DNA of 55,545 nucleotides, filler included, from Hemiscyllium ocellatum (taxonomy: Eukaryota), in the NCBI RefSeq assembly GCF_020745735.1. It is 2 parts of 2 records of this genome, joined end to end, with 100 filler letters (N's around TTAATTAATTAA, not from the genome) between each part and the next. Parts side by side here need not be neighbours in the genome. Positions count along the whole stretch, not along the records: positions 27,319 to 55,545 come from NC_083446.1; 1 more part is not named here. One strand, 5' to 3'. The notes under the pieces are model-generated. The model had not been told where the DNA came from, made no database searches, and saw only the letters and a program-made list of their open reading frames with translations. Made by a program: the position numbers and the translations under genes. Shown in pieces: positions 34,401 through 48,618 of the stretch (positions are counted from its first letter, which is position 1; each line of letters opens with the position of its first letter).

Positions 34401-36989
34401 AAGTGTAATGGCGATATTTGGGCGAGCAATGTTTGGAGAATGGAGCATGGCAGCTGTGGTAATTAGATTCGATGAAAATAATATCTGGAATATAAACCCG
34501 CTCAGAGTGACAAAAAGTTATAATTTGCTGAAAACCCATTCATGTCCCTTCAAAAGGGAAATCTGCCGTCCTTAATGAGACCTGACAACATGTAACTCCA
34601 GATCCACAATAGTGCGGTTCACCCATAAATTCCCTCTGACTCAGTTCAACGAGAATTAAGGATGAATAACAAATGCTGTTTAGAAGAGGATGACCACACT
34701 CCGTGGGAGAATAAGGAATGATAAAAAAAAAACACGTGAATGACGGGAAAAGTTGGGAGACGTCTCAGCGTCGACGCAAATTCAACTAGTTATCCAAACT
34801 AAATAGACACAAGGATACCCACGCCGACATGAAGTCAGGTACATGGGGGTGGGGGTCTGTAGGAAGGAATTCAATTACTCGCTGAAATGTAAACTCACTT
34901 GCTCAGTCACAATGTGGACAGGTCATTCACAACTCCCATATGTGAGAAGGAATCAGTCAGGAGACCAACCTTCAGAGTTACCATCAGGATCACAAATGAT
35001 TGAAAGGGGCCGATTCTGCTGTTATTGCAGGTGTTCATCCCATGCAGGAATGAACCATGCTTGGATGCCTGATTCCAGTGTAGTATCATGTGTCCTGATG
35101 TAGATCAATAATTCAAACTCAGTTGTAGGTGTCATGTTTAGAAATTTACAGACGATGAAACAGTTGGCCGTGTAGTTTATTGTGATGAATAGTCTCAGGC
35201 ACAGCAGGGATATATCAAGCAGGCGAAAGGGAAACAGCGATTGGAATTGAATCCAGACCAATAAGTGGAAATGAATTTGGGGAATTTTAACAATAACAGT
35301 GAGGATTCTGAGTGGTGTACAGGAACAAAGTGATCTTGGAGTGGACCTTCACAGATCTCTGAAGATTGTTGGACGGGGAGATCAATTGTTCGAGAGAGGT
35401 TTTGGATATTTTCTATTGTTAATCACAGCCTGAGGATGATATTCGATCTTCAAAAACCGCCATTTTAGGAAACATCTAAACGAATGTGCACAAGTAGGGT
35501 CAATGCAATAATCAACATTTTTAAAAATTGTATGATCAAAGATGGAGGGCTGAAGTATTGCACTTGGCCCATCAAGACCGCTTCAACACTCAATTAATTT
35601 ACGACTGATACCTCTCCAATTCATGCTGGTATGTGCCTTGGGGAATAATTTGCAAATGGTGACGTTACAGTGCATCTTCAACCTTGTCCTTATAGCCAGT
35701 AGAGTTTTTTTTTAGCTTTGAAGGTTCTGTCACCAAAACCTGGATGACTTACTCCAGTGAATCTTCAAGGTGGTGCACTCTGCTGCAATTGTGTCTTAGC
35801 AGTTAAGGGAATAAATATTCAGGTATTGAACAATCTCCAGTTAAGTGACTGTATTGTCGTGGACGGTGTCCAGTTCTCTCAGTTGTATTGAAGCTGCACC
35901 CACCTAGGCAAACGGAGAGAGTTCTATTAAACATCGAATTTGCACGTTGCGGTCGATGTAGGCTTCGAGGAAACAAGGGTTGAGTTAATAATCAAACAAA
36001 GTCGACCAACAGACATGTTCTGTAGTCAACTTCTTCATCTGGGCGGTCAGGTTTCATTGCTCCTAAATGCTAGCTCCCAGGACGATTACCCGGACGGATT
36101 CAGTTCCAATGAAGCCATAGAATGTCAATCGAAAATGATTAGATTCTCATTTGTCAGAGTAATCATTGCTGTATTTGATCCTTCACTGGATCAAACCGAT
36201 TCCAATCGCTTTCTGATTTCAAATTCCAATTCCCGTCTGTGCCTGAAATTTCAACTCGTTTCCTCGCCGAAATTTCTCCACCAGTCTTAATAATATTTAA
36301 GGACGCTGGAAGGGAAAGCATAGATTTACAAACATGTTGCTAACTCTGTATAAAGTGGAGCTTCGTGGAATGATTGGTTAGGCTGTGATTATTCTCCCTG
36401 AAGCAAACGTTCAAAATTCACTGGATCTTGACAGCGTAGATTCGGGCAGATGGTTTGCCCTATGCTCTGAGGGGTACACAAGAGGAAATAATTTCAGAAT
36501 TATATATTACTCAGTTAGTTCAGAAATGAGGAGTAATTTCATTGCTGAGGGGCCAGAGAGTGTTTGGCATTTGTGTGGCAACCACCGTTGAGGTTGAGCT
36601 GTTGCGTAATTTCAAACTGTGACAGATAGTTAATCAGAAAGATGATGAAGCTTTGTCGAGGTAAGTGAACAGAAAGGACTTGATGATTATCAGATCAACT
36701 ATGAGTTCTTTGAATGGTGGGGCACACTCCATGGGCTGAATGGTATACTTCAACTTTGTTTAACATTTGGTCCAATGCCTTATTTTATTCATAAGTTCAG
36801 AATTGTGAGGGGATGGGATGAGGTGATAGAAAAAGGTTTATTAAACAGATCAAACAGATCTGAAACAAGGCTTATCAGCTCAGGAAGAAGAAATGTGCTG
36901 TGACCTGTGGGCAGCAAATGATATTGGGCACAACACAGGTGGCTATGTACAGAAGATCAGATCACTGAAGACAGTCGGTAGACCTTATA

Positions 36990-37060
36990 CAGTTGGCAAG
37001 TCAGTGATCACGCTGGATGTTAGATCGTTGTATGATTCACACACAGCAGAAATTTGTGAA
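36990..37060 (+). mobile_element. Possible PLE reverse-transcriptase remnant
   Basis: VITLDVRSLYDS (37004-37039) resembles the PLE RT motif LVT(L/M)DV.SLYT. The match is short. Confidence 0.3.
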
Positions 37061-39559
37061 AGAATGAAAGGTTTGTTTCATGAGAGACGTTTTCTGCGGT
37101 TCCAATTCCGAGTGACTGTTTGAAACGCTGATCAGATCATTGTGTGAAGTGTTAGGTTAAAATACTCATGTACAACCCCACTGGATAAACTTGTGCTCCC
37201 GATCTCTTGTTATTTATTTCTCTTTCTTTCTATGTAAAATCACAGAAAGTCAAAATGGAATGTGGGGCGAAAAGCAAAATGCATTCCTTCACATTACAAC
37301 AATTTCATCTCCAATTGAATAGGATGACTGCCCTCACTCTTCATTAGACTTTAATGTGGTGTTGATTATTCGTGAATCTCCGTGCAGTGAGCGGCAAGAA
37401 CAAGATTCTCGATCCAGTGTATACCAGAGGTGTGAGGTGCAAAGAAAACTGCTGGAGCAGTTTGTGAAGTTAGCAACCAGAGTGTGATTCGAACTCGTGA
37501 ATGCGGTGCACAACGGTGTAATAACCCAGCACCATAATTGCTTGGTCTCCTCAACACATTTTGTCGAGGAGTGACATGTGACCTCATCGGGTTACATGTG
37601 GTAAAAGTTTTGGATGAGAAATTTCCAGAGTGGTATCGAATCCACAACATTGTGTTTCTGCTTTCTATAATAACAGCAAAGTCCAATAAATAGCCATGCT
37701 GGTCAGAATGAATCGCTGTCATTGATACATTCTGAGTCAGAACTGTGAAGAATGAGGCAGACAACAAGAACTTTCTATCATATTCACATCTACATTTGGC
37801 TCATAATTTCTTCAGTCATTTTCTCTCTCACGTGAAGAAGCAGCCATGCAGAGGGGAAAAAAGCGATTTTGTGGCTCAATGGCCTTTCTCAAATGGCTGA
37901 ACCTGAATTGGATTAAACCGCAAGAAACGCTGTTTTGTTCGTTTCATTTTAATTTTGCTGCAACTTCACAATGTTCATTGTAATAATCAGAATGAATTAG
38001 ATATATTTCACTGGAACGATTAATGTTGTATTCAAATTTGCTCCGATTTTATTTCTGCTTAAGGAAAATACTGCTTCCAAAAACAGAGGGTTAAAGTGCA
38101 AAACAATAACCAGCAGTTTTGTTGCTCGCTGCTTTGGCGGATTTCACAGAATATTAAATGGACCAAACACCATGCTGTTTTTCCTCACATCTTTTACGAA
38201 TGTGATTAAAGCAGGGAGTCGATCTCCAAGCGACTGCTCACTTCCTAATCATTATGTAATATCTTCTCTTCACAATAAAATAATCCACTCAGTTCAATTT
38301 ACAATGCTTCAGGTAGAATATTATGCCAAATGTTTCAAAATCCAGAGTTTTGGGAACCGGATATTATTCAGCTGTGCACGTTCACGAAATTCCTTCACAT
38401 TTAAAGTCAACCCACTTATGCATTGTTTCCCACAACTTCCGACCGACTACACCCACCCCTACACCTTTACCTAGACACACGCTTTCTCTCTTGTGAAATG
38501 TATTTTTTGTATGTCACAAAATGTGCTTTTCCAAATATTTTTAAGAACAGATTCTTGGGGTGACAGCGATTCTTCTGTCATCATTTCTTTGTCCTTCAAA
38601 GGTTTTATCAAAGTTTTTTCAATGCCTGACGTCTAGATGTTTACTTAATTGAAAGAGGGAATTTTCCACCTATTTACTCTGTCCAAACATTTCATAACCC
38701 GAACACCCCCAATTAAGTCTTCCTTAGTACAGTGATAACTGTTCTAAATTTTCCAAGACAACAAGTGAACGAAATCTCATCCTCAGTAAACCCCGTCGGC
38801 ATCGTCTCTAATAGTGTTACGCACCAGTAAACACTGTCATTACCTAATCCGGTAGAATCACAGACTTCTACAGAGCAGAAAGTGCATTCCAGTCAATGGA
38901 GCTGGTGTCGACTCTCTGAAGTGCATCTCAACCAAAACCAGCTCTCCCCCTTATGATTTGGAATAAGCCTGTTGGACTATAACCTGGCGTCCTGTGACTT
39001 CTGACCTTGTCCCCGTGTTACAATAACTAATTCACTTAACTTACTTAATTCACTCCCTGGACACGAAAGGGCAATTTAACTTTGCCAATCAACCTAACCC
39101 TCCGACTAAACAACAGTGCAAATTACTGAGCCAATATTATATCATCGTGAGCAAATGCTGTATCATTTTTAATGGCTTTATACCCAGGTAAATCAGCCTC
39201 ATCAAAGCAAATCAAACCAAATTCTATGTATCGAAACGCGACTTTGCCCTTTACAATTTCGTTCGTGCTGAGGGAAATGTTTCTGCTCTCATATTTGCAT
39301 GCTTTTACGCTGTTTCTTCCTCACCTTCCTGCTTCCAGTAAACATTTCAATTCAGAACAACTTTGTCAAATGCTTTTCATTCCAACACAGTCACAAGATG
39401 CAGCATGCAGAAGTCACGTGTTTGCACCCTCACTGACACTCTGCCTCACTAAGAGCTGCTGCCCTTCCCCACCCTGATTCAGGCAGCACTGTCCTTCATG
39501 ACATGCTCCATCGCGAATGGAAGGAAAAGTAACAATACCCTCACTTGGGAATGGAGCGT

Positions 39560-40510
39560 CAGTTTTAAAATATTTATACTGTCCCCAGCGTAGAATTGAG
39601 CCCTGTGAAATGTGGGGACACTTACCATTGCAAGATTGTCAAAGGACGCCTTTCAGCCAATTGTGGCCACACTTGTCAAAAATAAACTGAATCCCATTTC
39701 ACAACGTTTATCCCACAGCCTTATATGTCTTGGCATCTCAAGTTCACATATGAATATTTATTCAGGGTTGAAGAGTTTCTGCAGCTCTGAACAATACAGA
39801 CAGTGTATTCAAAATTCCAACCGCACCCCCAACCCCTGATTGGCTAATAATGCTATTTCGCACATCTTCTCAAACCTTTCTGCCTTTCTCCTTAAATCTC
39901 TGGCCCCCACTGATCGACCCCTCCATCAATGGGAAACTCGTTCAGTCAACCCTGTCCATACCCTAACTCAATCATGTCTTCTCTACATTTCATTTGCACG
40001 GCGACAACAGTCCATTCTGTCCTGTCTTTCTTCCTAACTGAAACTGTTCATCCCAAACAACGTTCTGGTAAATATCTGCTGCAATTGTCTCAGTGTGTTT
40101 ATATTCCTGCGATAATATGACTTGCAAAACTGCACACAACACTCTTGCTGGAGCCTAATGAGCATTTGTTTTAAAAATTCGGCATTAGTATGAGCGTGAT
40201 TCTGGCTAAGCCGAACTTATTACCCATTCCGAATTGCCCAGAGGGCAGTTGAGACTCAACCATATTGCTTTGAGCCTGAATTCAAATGCAGGCCAGACCA
40301 AGTATGGATAGTAGATTACATCCTGAAATGACATCAGTGAATCAGATATTTTTGTCGCAACAATTGTCAAAGGATGTATAGTGTTCATTAGATTCTTCAT
40401 TGCAGATATTTGCTCAAAACAAGTTTTACAATCTGGCACTGTGGGACTCATGCCCGAGTACCCAGACTATTGCCTCGGCCTCTAGATGATCAGTCCTATG
40501 AAATTACAAC
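39560..40510 (-). mobile_element. Degenerate CR1 3' fragment (39560-40100) plus tRNA-SINE (40190-40510)
   Basis: CTTTCAGCCAATTGTGGCCACAC...CTAAATATCTGCTGCA, and TTACCCATTCCGAATTGCCCAGAGGGCAGTT...CTAGATGATCAGTCC. Confidence 0.55.
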
Positions 40511-42099
40511 AAGACCAACGCAGGAAGCCGCGAAAGCTGATCTTTTCCAATAAAATTTCTTTTCCCCAAAACTGCCCTGAGTCTTTTCCATGAGCCTGAC
40601 GCTCCAATTGTCTCTGCCCTGTATCAGTAAAACCTGCTACATGGGGTTAATTTCACAACCGCGGTACCCAAATGCATCAACTTGTTTGGAGGTACTGATG
40701 GTCGGATTGGGGCACGTTCACCCAACAACAGTGACCGCAGCAGCAGCACAGACAAAACAGTATGAATGGGAAAGGGAGTGATAGATTGTACATTGCCACA
40801 GAGAAATGGGAGGAAGTATGGAAAGGAGGTTAATGATCGTGGGAAAGAGAGGAATCTCCGACTACAGGTGGGTTTGAATTCTGATATATGAAAAGCAGAG
40901 ATGTGAGAGAGTGGAATTTGAAGGTTAAACAATCAATTTCTTACCATGTGTCACAAAACGTACCATGGAGAGAACACTTAATATCGTGATTTGGATTCGG
41001 ACCGAGGTTGCTGTGGTCACAAGCAAAATGCAGACAAACACGATCACAGCAACCACAGAACCAGACGCTTGCAAGCAGCAATAAGTATACTAGCAGAGGA
41101 TATGTTCAGAAGAACACCAAGTGCACAATATCAGTACTCAGCGAACAGTGACAGACATGTGAAAATGGAAAATGAGCTGAATATTTCAGTTCGATGTCCT
41201 CAGAGGCTGCGGAGATCCCTTGAATGAGAACGTTGAAAACTGAGATTGATAGATTTCGAAAAACATCAAAGACTCGGGATACAGTACAGGATATTGTTAA
41301 AATGTATGCTTCAATGGCATTGTAGCTTAACATCGGCGACTTCACCAGCTTCCTCAAGGCAGTAACCTGTGTTGCAGATAATCACACATATTCCCAGTTC
41401 CCAGCTTCGGAATCAGAGAAACTGCGGCGCTTCCGCCCAGATCCAATCGGAAATGAGGAAAGGAATGAGAGTGCGGGGTTACTCTCTGGCTCCAGTGCTG
41501 CAATAGGTGAGCATGCGGTCCTACTATGACCGTATTAGGCGCATGAAATTCCTAGGTTTAAGGTGCTCATGCTCAAGGAATTGGTTGTCCCTGTTTATAA
41601 TATCATAGTGATCTACGGTGCATCTTGCTAAGACAGCTGAGTGGCACAACAGGAGCGTGTTGAGCCCTTAACTTTGCAGTGGAGGGTTAAAAAGATGATT
41701 TTGTTATTTGGATCTGTGTTTCTGACACTGGCGGTGGTAGCTGCTTTTGCTTGCATCAGCTCAGAATCAGTTTCTTCCACACAGTAAAGACTTCAATCTG
41801 GAGAAGGTGGTGTTGTCGTAATATTTTAAACTAGTCATCCTTGGCGACTGTAACACGGAAACGATGTTGTTTTAGTTCGATGAATAAAACCTGAAATGCA
41901 AGCCTGACATCAGAAACAGAGATCATGAATTTAATTTCATTCGATCCCATTCATTCAGGTCCTTTGTAGAGTTATCAGTCGGACTTTAAACTTCTGAGTT
42001 AAGGGGAAGGGAAAGTGAAAGCGACAGGGAGTACGGAGTTAAATGGAAAGATAAGCAGCAGGATAGCATGTGTACAGATGGATTTAAACTTGAGGCAGA

Positions 42100-45050
42100 C
42101 TGGGAATTCAGCAAAAAGGAAGGATGACTTAGGACATATTATGACTTCCAATATCTCTAATGTTAAGAAAGTTAGCATGAAGGCATTTTACCTGAATGCT
42201 CGTAGCATTCGTAACAAAGCAGATGAACCCTAATTGCATAGATCATCGTAAATGATTATGATGTGGTCGCATCACAGAGTTGTGGTTGCAGGGGTCAGGA
42301 CTGGCAATTAAACATCCAAGGATTTACAACTTATCGAAAAGACAGGGAGGTGGGCAGAGGGGTCGGGGTTGTCTTGTTAGTTCAGAAAAGAATTAATCAA
42401 TAGCATTGAATGACATAGCGTTGGATGATGTGGAGTCTGTGTGGGTGGAATTTGGGAACCACAAATGCAAAAAAAAACAAAATGGGAGTTATGTACAGAC
42501 CTCCTAACAGTGGTGAGGACCAGGGGCGCAACATGTACCGGGAAATAGAGAAGGCATGTCAGAAAGGCAAGGTCACGGTGATCATGGGAGACTTCAATAT
42601 GCAGGTGGACTGGGGAAATAATGTTGCCAGTGGATCCAAAGAAAGGAAGTCATGGAATGCTTACAGGATGGCTTTTTGGAACAGCTTGTCATGGAGCCCA
42701 CAAGGGAGCAGGCTATTCTGGACCTAGTGCTATGTAATGAACCAGACTTTATACAATTTCTTAAAGTAAGTGAACACTTTGGAAGCAGTAATCATAACAT
42801 GTTAGAGTTCAGTCTGCAGTTTGAAAGAGAGAAAGCAAAATCGGATGTAATGGTGGTACAGTTAAATAAAGGAAACTATGAGGGCATGAGAGAGGAACTG
42901 ACGAAAATAGACTGGAAGCAGGGGCTAGAGGGGAAGACAGTAGACCATAAATGGCAAGAGGTTGTGGGTATAATTGAGGACACTGTGCAGAGGTTCATCC
43001 CCAAGAAAAGAAAGATTATCCGGGGAGGGATGAGACAGCCATCGCTGACAAAGGAAGTCAGGAAATCTATCAAGGAAAACGAGAGATCCTATAAAGTGGC
43101 CAAAAGCACTGGGAAATCAGAAGATTGGGAAGGCTACAAAAACAAACAGAGGATAACAAAGAGAGTAATAAGGAAGGAGAGGATCAGATATAAAGGTAGG
43201 CTAGCCAGTAATATTAGAAATGATAGTAAATGTTTCTTTCAATACATAAGAAGAAAACGACAGTCAAAAGTAGACATTGAGCCACTTCAGCCTGATGCTG
43301 GAAGCCGAGTAATGGGAAATAAGGCAATAGCTAGAGAACTTAATATGTACTTTGCGTCAGTCTTCACAGTGGAAGCCATGAGTAACATCCCAACAGTTAA
43401 AGGGAGTCAGGGAGCTGAGTTGGTTATGATTGCCATTACAAAAGAAAACGTGCTAGAAAAGCTAAAAGGGCTTAAAATTGATAAGTCTCCTGGCCCCGAT
43501 GGGCTGCATCCTAGAGTTCTGAGGGAGGTGGCTGAGGAAATAGCGGAAGCATTGGTAGAGATTTTTCAAAAGTCACTGGAGTCAGGGAAAGTCCCGGATG
43601 ATTGGAAGATCGCTGTTGTTACCCCATTGTTCAAGAAAGGAGCAAGATAAAAGATGGAAAATTATATGCCAATTAGCCTAACCTCGGTTGTTGGTAAAAT
43701 TCTAGAATCCATCATTAAGGATGAGGTTTCTAAATTCTTGGACGAGCAGGGTCCGATTAGAACAAGTCAACATGGATTTAATAAGGGGAGGTCTTGCCTG
43801 ACAAACCTGTTGGATTTCTTAGAAGAGGTGGCAAGTAGGTTAGACCAGGGAAACCCAGTGGATGCGGTCTTTCTGGACTTCCAAAAGGCCTTTGATAAGG
43901 TGCTACACGGGAGGCTGTTGAATAAGGTGAGGGCCCATGGTGTTCCAGCTGAGCTACTGGGGTATAGATTGAGGATTGGCTGTCTGACAGAAGGCAGAGA
44001 TTTGGGAAAAAAAGTTCCATTTTGGATAGCAGCCGGTGACAAGTGGTGTCCCACAGTGTTCAGTGTTGGGGCCGCAGCTGTTCACGTTAGATATTAATGA
44101 TCTGGATGAAGGGACTGGTGGCATTCGAGCGAAGTTTGCCGACGATACGTAGTTAGGTGGACAGGCAGGTAGTACTGAGGAAGTGGGGAGGCTGCGGAAG
44201 GATGTAGACAGTTTGGGAGACTGGTCCAGGAAGTGGCTGGTGGAATTCAATGTGAGCAAATGCGAGGTCCTGCAATTTGTGAAAAAGAATACAAGTATGG
44301 ACTACTTTCTAAACAGTGAGAAAATTCATAAAGCCAAAGTATAAAGGAATCTGGGAGTGCTAGTCGAGGATTCTCTAAAGGTAAACATCCAGGTTGAGTC
44401 CGTGAATAAGAAAGCGAATGCAATGTTGTCATTTATCTCAAGAGGGTTGGAATAGAAAGGCACCGTTGTGCCACTGAGACTTTACAAAGCTCTGGTTAGG
44501 CCCCATTTGGAGTACTGTGCCTATTTTTACTTCCCACACCTCTGGAAGGACATACTGGCACTGGACCATGTCCAGCAGAGATTCACTGGGATGATCCCTG
44601 GAATGGTAGTTCTACCATACAAGGAACGGCTGAGGATTCTGGGATTGTATGCATTGGAGTTTAGAAATTTAAGGGGAGATCTATTAGAAACTTAGAAGAT
44701 AATACATGGCTTGGAAAGGGTAGACGACAGGAAATTGCTTCTGTTAGCCGAGGAGACTAGGACTTGTGGACACAGCCTCAGAATTAGGAAGGGAGGGGTA
44801 AATTCAGAACAGAAATGTGGAGACATTTCTTAGCCAGAGAGTGGGGGCCGTTGTAGTTCATTGCCATGGAGTGCAGTGAAAGCTGGGACGTTAAATATCT
44901 TCAAGGCAGAGATTGATAAATTCTTGATGTCAAAAGGAATTAATGGCTACGGGGAGAATGCGCATAAGTGGAGTTGAAATGCCCATCATCAATGGCAGAG
45001 TGGACTCTAAGGGCCGAAAGGCCTTACTTGCTCTCCTATGTCTTATGCTG
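42100..45050 (+). mobile_element. CR1 LINE, near-complete ORF2 (APE + RT) with 3' tail, ORF1 absent, several stops and frameshifts
   Basis: AFYLNARSIRNKADE; GVMYRPPNS; VIMGDFN; ILDLVLCNE; KSPGPDGLHPRVLRE; NYMPISLTSVVGKILE; QHGFNKGRSCLTNL; VFLDFQKAFDKV; KFADD (about 44135); LYKALVRPHLEYC; tail CTCCTATGTCTTATG. Confidence 0.95.
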
Positions 45051-45614
45051 TTGTAGTCTTAAGGTAATAACATCTCTTATCAAGTTAATTCAGTGCAAGA
45101 AAGCAGAGTGACTTGTTTGGGTTTTTGTTGCAATTCCACTCACAGAGGCCAGTGAACTCTATTCCGTCGCTGTCCTGACTTGTGTCTCTTAGATGTTAAA
45201 CAGAATTTTGGCGTTTTTTGCAGATCAGTATTTTTCAGAAGCTTTTGGGCATTGCTAGGTGGGGTTAATGGAGTAAGTCCTCAAAGAAACCCCAGTTTTT
45301 TGACTTGCTGTTTTAACAATATCATTTATAACCAATCCAGTATGAATTGTTTCGAAGCGTGCTTGATGAGACTGTTTCTTGGTTGTTTTACTTTATATTA
45401 AATCAGAGCTGCAGCTGAATTTTATTGTTCAGTACGGTGGGGGTTCCGCTGAGTCCAAAACTTGCAGCAGATGGAGATAGCTTTACAACTGGTTTTCAGC
45501 TGCTACCTCAGACCATCCAATACCTCTGCTAAGAATCCTTTTCCAACAGAGGTCAAGCCAATGTAATCGCTGTCTATCTCAACAGGCACGAGGTCTTGTG
45601 CCAAAACATGAATA

Positions 45615-45730
45615 CAATTTGCTGAAGACGGGTTCTCTAGATGTGAAACGTTAACCTTGCTTTCTCTGCATAGGGGCCGCCAGATCTGCTGAGTTTCTTC
45701 AGAAATTTCAAGTTTCTAGCATTCAGAGTT
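45615..45730 (+). mobile_element. Degenerate PLE-type terminal repeat
   Basis: GCTGAAGACGGG...GTGAAACGTTAACCTTGCTTTCTC...GCCAGATCTGCTGAGTTTCTTCAG. Confidence 0.45.
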
Positions 45731-46026
45731 TGTTGTTTCGTTAAAAAAATGTTCTGATCGATGAAGCAAGTTATTCAGAGATTTGAACATATTGAGAATG
45801 TTCAGAGCTATTTAATATTAGCGTATCATTGAATGTAAGTGCCCTCATCTCGAGCTGTAGTATCACAGGAAACTGTATTATACATCCCAGAGTGCAGTGG
45901 CTGCTGCAATTGGGTGGGAGTTGTTTTGATCACTCAAATCGAGAATGTCGATGCTCCTGTTCTAAATAATCAACAAAAGGTTTTTTTTTGGAGAATGTGT
46001 GAAAAAATACATTTGTTGCAATTACA

Positions 46027-46350
46027 TACAAGATAATCAGAGGGCTAGATAGGGTGGACAGGTAGAGCCTTTTTCCAATATGGGGACGGCAAACACGAGG
46101 GGACACAACTTTAAAGCGAGGGGAGATAGGTATAAGACAGATGTCAAAGTTAGTTTCTTTACTCCCAGAGTAGAAAGAGTATGGAATGCTTTGCTTGCAA
46201 AGTAGTCGATTCGCCAAGTTTAAGTGTATTTATGTCGTCATTGGAAAGGCATATAGACGTACATGGAATAGTGGAGGTGGAATGGACTTCAGATTAGTAC
46301 GTGAGGGCGGTGCAACATCGAGGGCCGAATGGCCTGTACTGCGCTGTAAT
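46027..46350 (+). mobile_element. CR1 3' end
   Basis: CAGAGGGCTAGATAGGGTGGACAGGTAGAGCCTTTTTCC...AGGGCCGAATGGCCTGTACTGCGCTG. Confidence 0.8.
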
Positions 46351-46734
46351 GTTCTGTGTGCTATTTTTTAAAAAAGTGTTCAGTGCCAGAGTTAGCCTAA
46401 TGAATGACACAATGATACTAACGTCAGAGCAGGAGGAGGGCACTCAGCCCCTTGAGCTGTTCAACCACTTACTTAGATCATGGTGCATCTGCGAGCTAAC
46501 TCCATCGGCCTCCCTTTGGCTAAAACTCTTTACTACCTTTGATTAACAAGCAAAACCTATCCCAGATGTACTGATTCGATTGCTCAAAACAAAGACAGAC
46601 ACCATTTCTGAAAGACATTTCTGTGAGTATTTAAAGTGCCATAATGAGTCTGTAATTAATTGCTTATGAAAGTAATTTAAATATCTGACAATTTCCAATT
46701 TAAACATCCCAATCGTCGTTTCCAGGGTGGCATG

Positions 46735-47030
46735 ACTGCACAGTGGTTAGTACTGCTGCCTCACAGCGCCAGAGGCCCGCGTTCAATTCCCGCCTCAGGC
46801 AACTGTGTGTTTGGAGTTGCACACTCTCTCCGTGTCTGAGTGAGTTTCCTCTGGGGACTCCTCCTGCAGTCCAAAACTGTGCAGGTTAGGTGAAGTGGCC
46901 ATGTTAAATTGCCCGTAGTGTTAGGTGAAGGGGTAAATGTAGTGGAATGGGTCTGGGTGTGTTGCTCTTCGGTGGATCAGTGTGGACTTCTTGGACCGAA
47001 GGGCCCGTTTCCACACTGTAAGTAATCGAA
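46735..47030 (+). mobile_element. HE1-type SINE
   Basis: CACAGTGGTTAGTACTGCTGCCTCACAGCGCCAGAGGCCCGCGTTCAATTCCCGCC...GGACCGAAGGGCCCGTTTCCACACTGTAAG. Confidence 0.9.
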
Positions 47031-47872
47031 ATCTAATCATATGATATTTCTTTATTCCAGGGAATGATAATGAGTGATTGACTTGTTAAATATGAGGGAA
47101 GCTTCACTCCCATTATATGATTATGCAATAGTTCTGTTAGTTCAGTGAAACATAGTCAAATCACATACAAGGAATCCATTCAGTATGTAATCTTGTGTGG
47201 GCACTCAAGTGCCTCAAATAATTTTCAATTTTTTCAGGAGTAATTTGCAAGTCTAGACAGGTGTGAAAGTGTCAGAATTTTAATGTTTCTTTGAGAAACC
47301 AGTTGTCATCAGCTTACTTGAATTGCTGAAGTTTGTGTAGTCTTAGCACACTCACAGCACCGTTAGAATGTGAGTCCCCTGGCTGTGATCGAGGAAGAGG
47401 AAAGGGGCAGGGATATAGTTGAGAGTCAAGTTGAAGTCTAATTTGGAGGAATGGTCTCAGATGAAGCATTTACATTCTTGCGCGCCCTTAACTTCAAAGA
47501 TCACAGTTTTGCAACATGCTGCAGAGGGGACATGTCAGCATGCAAATTAGAAGCTGAAGAAGGCACCTCAGCGCCTCTGGAATGCTATTCCATTCATGGG
47601 ATCATTATAAATCCTGCTGCTCACCAATCTTTCCAACACCCGATAACATTGAACCTGATTGTTTACTGTTCAACAAAAGAGTGGTGAACCTTTGGAATTC
47701 TCCACCACAGAAATTGATTGAGGTCAAAACTTTAAACGATTTCAAGAAGGAGATAGATTCCGTCAATCCTTAAAAGAAAATACTATGGATATTCGGAATA
47801 AAAGTTGAGCAAGGTCCAATATTGGTTGAGATCCATGAAAACCTTGTATGGGGAATGGTTGGTTAGTTTACA

Positions 47873-48616
47873 CATGACTGAAAATGTGTTGCTGGTTAAA
47901 GCACAGCAGGTTAGGCAGCATCCAAGGAACAGGAAATTCGATGTTTCGGGCCAGAGCCCTTCTTCAGGAATGAGGAGAGTGTGCCAGGCAGGCTAAGATA
48001 AAAGGTAGGGAGGAGGGACTTGGGGGAGGGGCGATGGAGATGTGATAGGTGGAAGGAGGTCAAGGTGAGGGTGATAGGCCGGAGTGGGGTGGGGGCGGAG
48101 ATGTCAGGAAGAAGATTGCAGGTTAGGAGGGCGCTGCTGAGTTGAGGAAACCGACTGAGACAAGGTGGGGGGAGGGGAAATGAGGAAACTGGAGAAATCT
48201 GAGTTCATTCCTTGTGGTTGGAGGGTTCCCAGGCGGAAGATAAGGCGCTCCTCCTCCAGCCGCCGTGTTGTTATGTTCTGCCGATGGAGGAGTCCAAGGA
48301 CCTGCATGTCCTCGGCGGGGTGGGAGGGATAGTTAAAGTGTTGAGCCACGGGGTGGTTGAGTTGGTTGGTCCGGGCGTCCCAGTGGTGTTCTATGAAGCT
48401 TTCCTCAAGTTATCAGCCCGTCTCCCCAATATAGAGGAGGCCACATCGGGTGCAGTGGATGCAATAGATGATGTGTGTGGAGGTGCAGGTGAACTTGTGG
48501 CGGATATGGAAGGATCCCTTGGGGCCTTGGAGGGAAGTGAGGGAGGAGGTGTGGGCGCAAGTTTTACATTTCCTGCGGTTGCAGGGGAAGGTGCTGGGAG
48601 TGGAGGTTGGGTTGGA
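47873..48616 (-). mobile_element. Penelope-like element 3' part (GIY-YIG + terminal repeat), same family as 6484-7790
   Basis: AQHFNYPSHPAEDMQVLGLLHRQNITTRRLEEERLIFRLGTLQPQGMN; repeat with CCTGAAGAAGGGCTCTGGCCCGAAACATC on the minus strand. Confidence 0.9.
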
Positions 48617-48618
48617 AA

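Noticed and set aside
34843-35103. ORF with FNYSLKCKLT (similar to FNYNLNCKV at about 29185), vaguely C-domain-like
   Set aside because: No conserved Cys-Trp-Cys spacing or splice sites. The similarity is short and AT-rich.
41695-41787. 30-aa hydrophobic ORF (MILLFGSVFLTLAVVAAFACISS...) resembling a signal peptide or Ig leader
   Set aside because: It ends in a stop with no splice donor, no V exon follows, and it lies just upstream of a CR1.
27319-42000. Impression of more CpG and older, more decayed repeats than in the left segment
   Set aside because: Not quantified by eye. It may simply reflect that the two segments come from different loci.
45120-45147. RSS-like GGTTTTTGT-12 bp-CACAGAG
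   Set aside because: The heptamer end that must read GTG next to the coding segment is GAG. No D or J sequence or second RSS follows.
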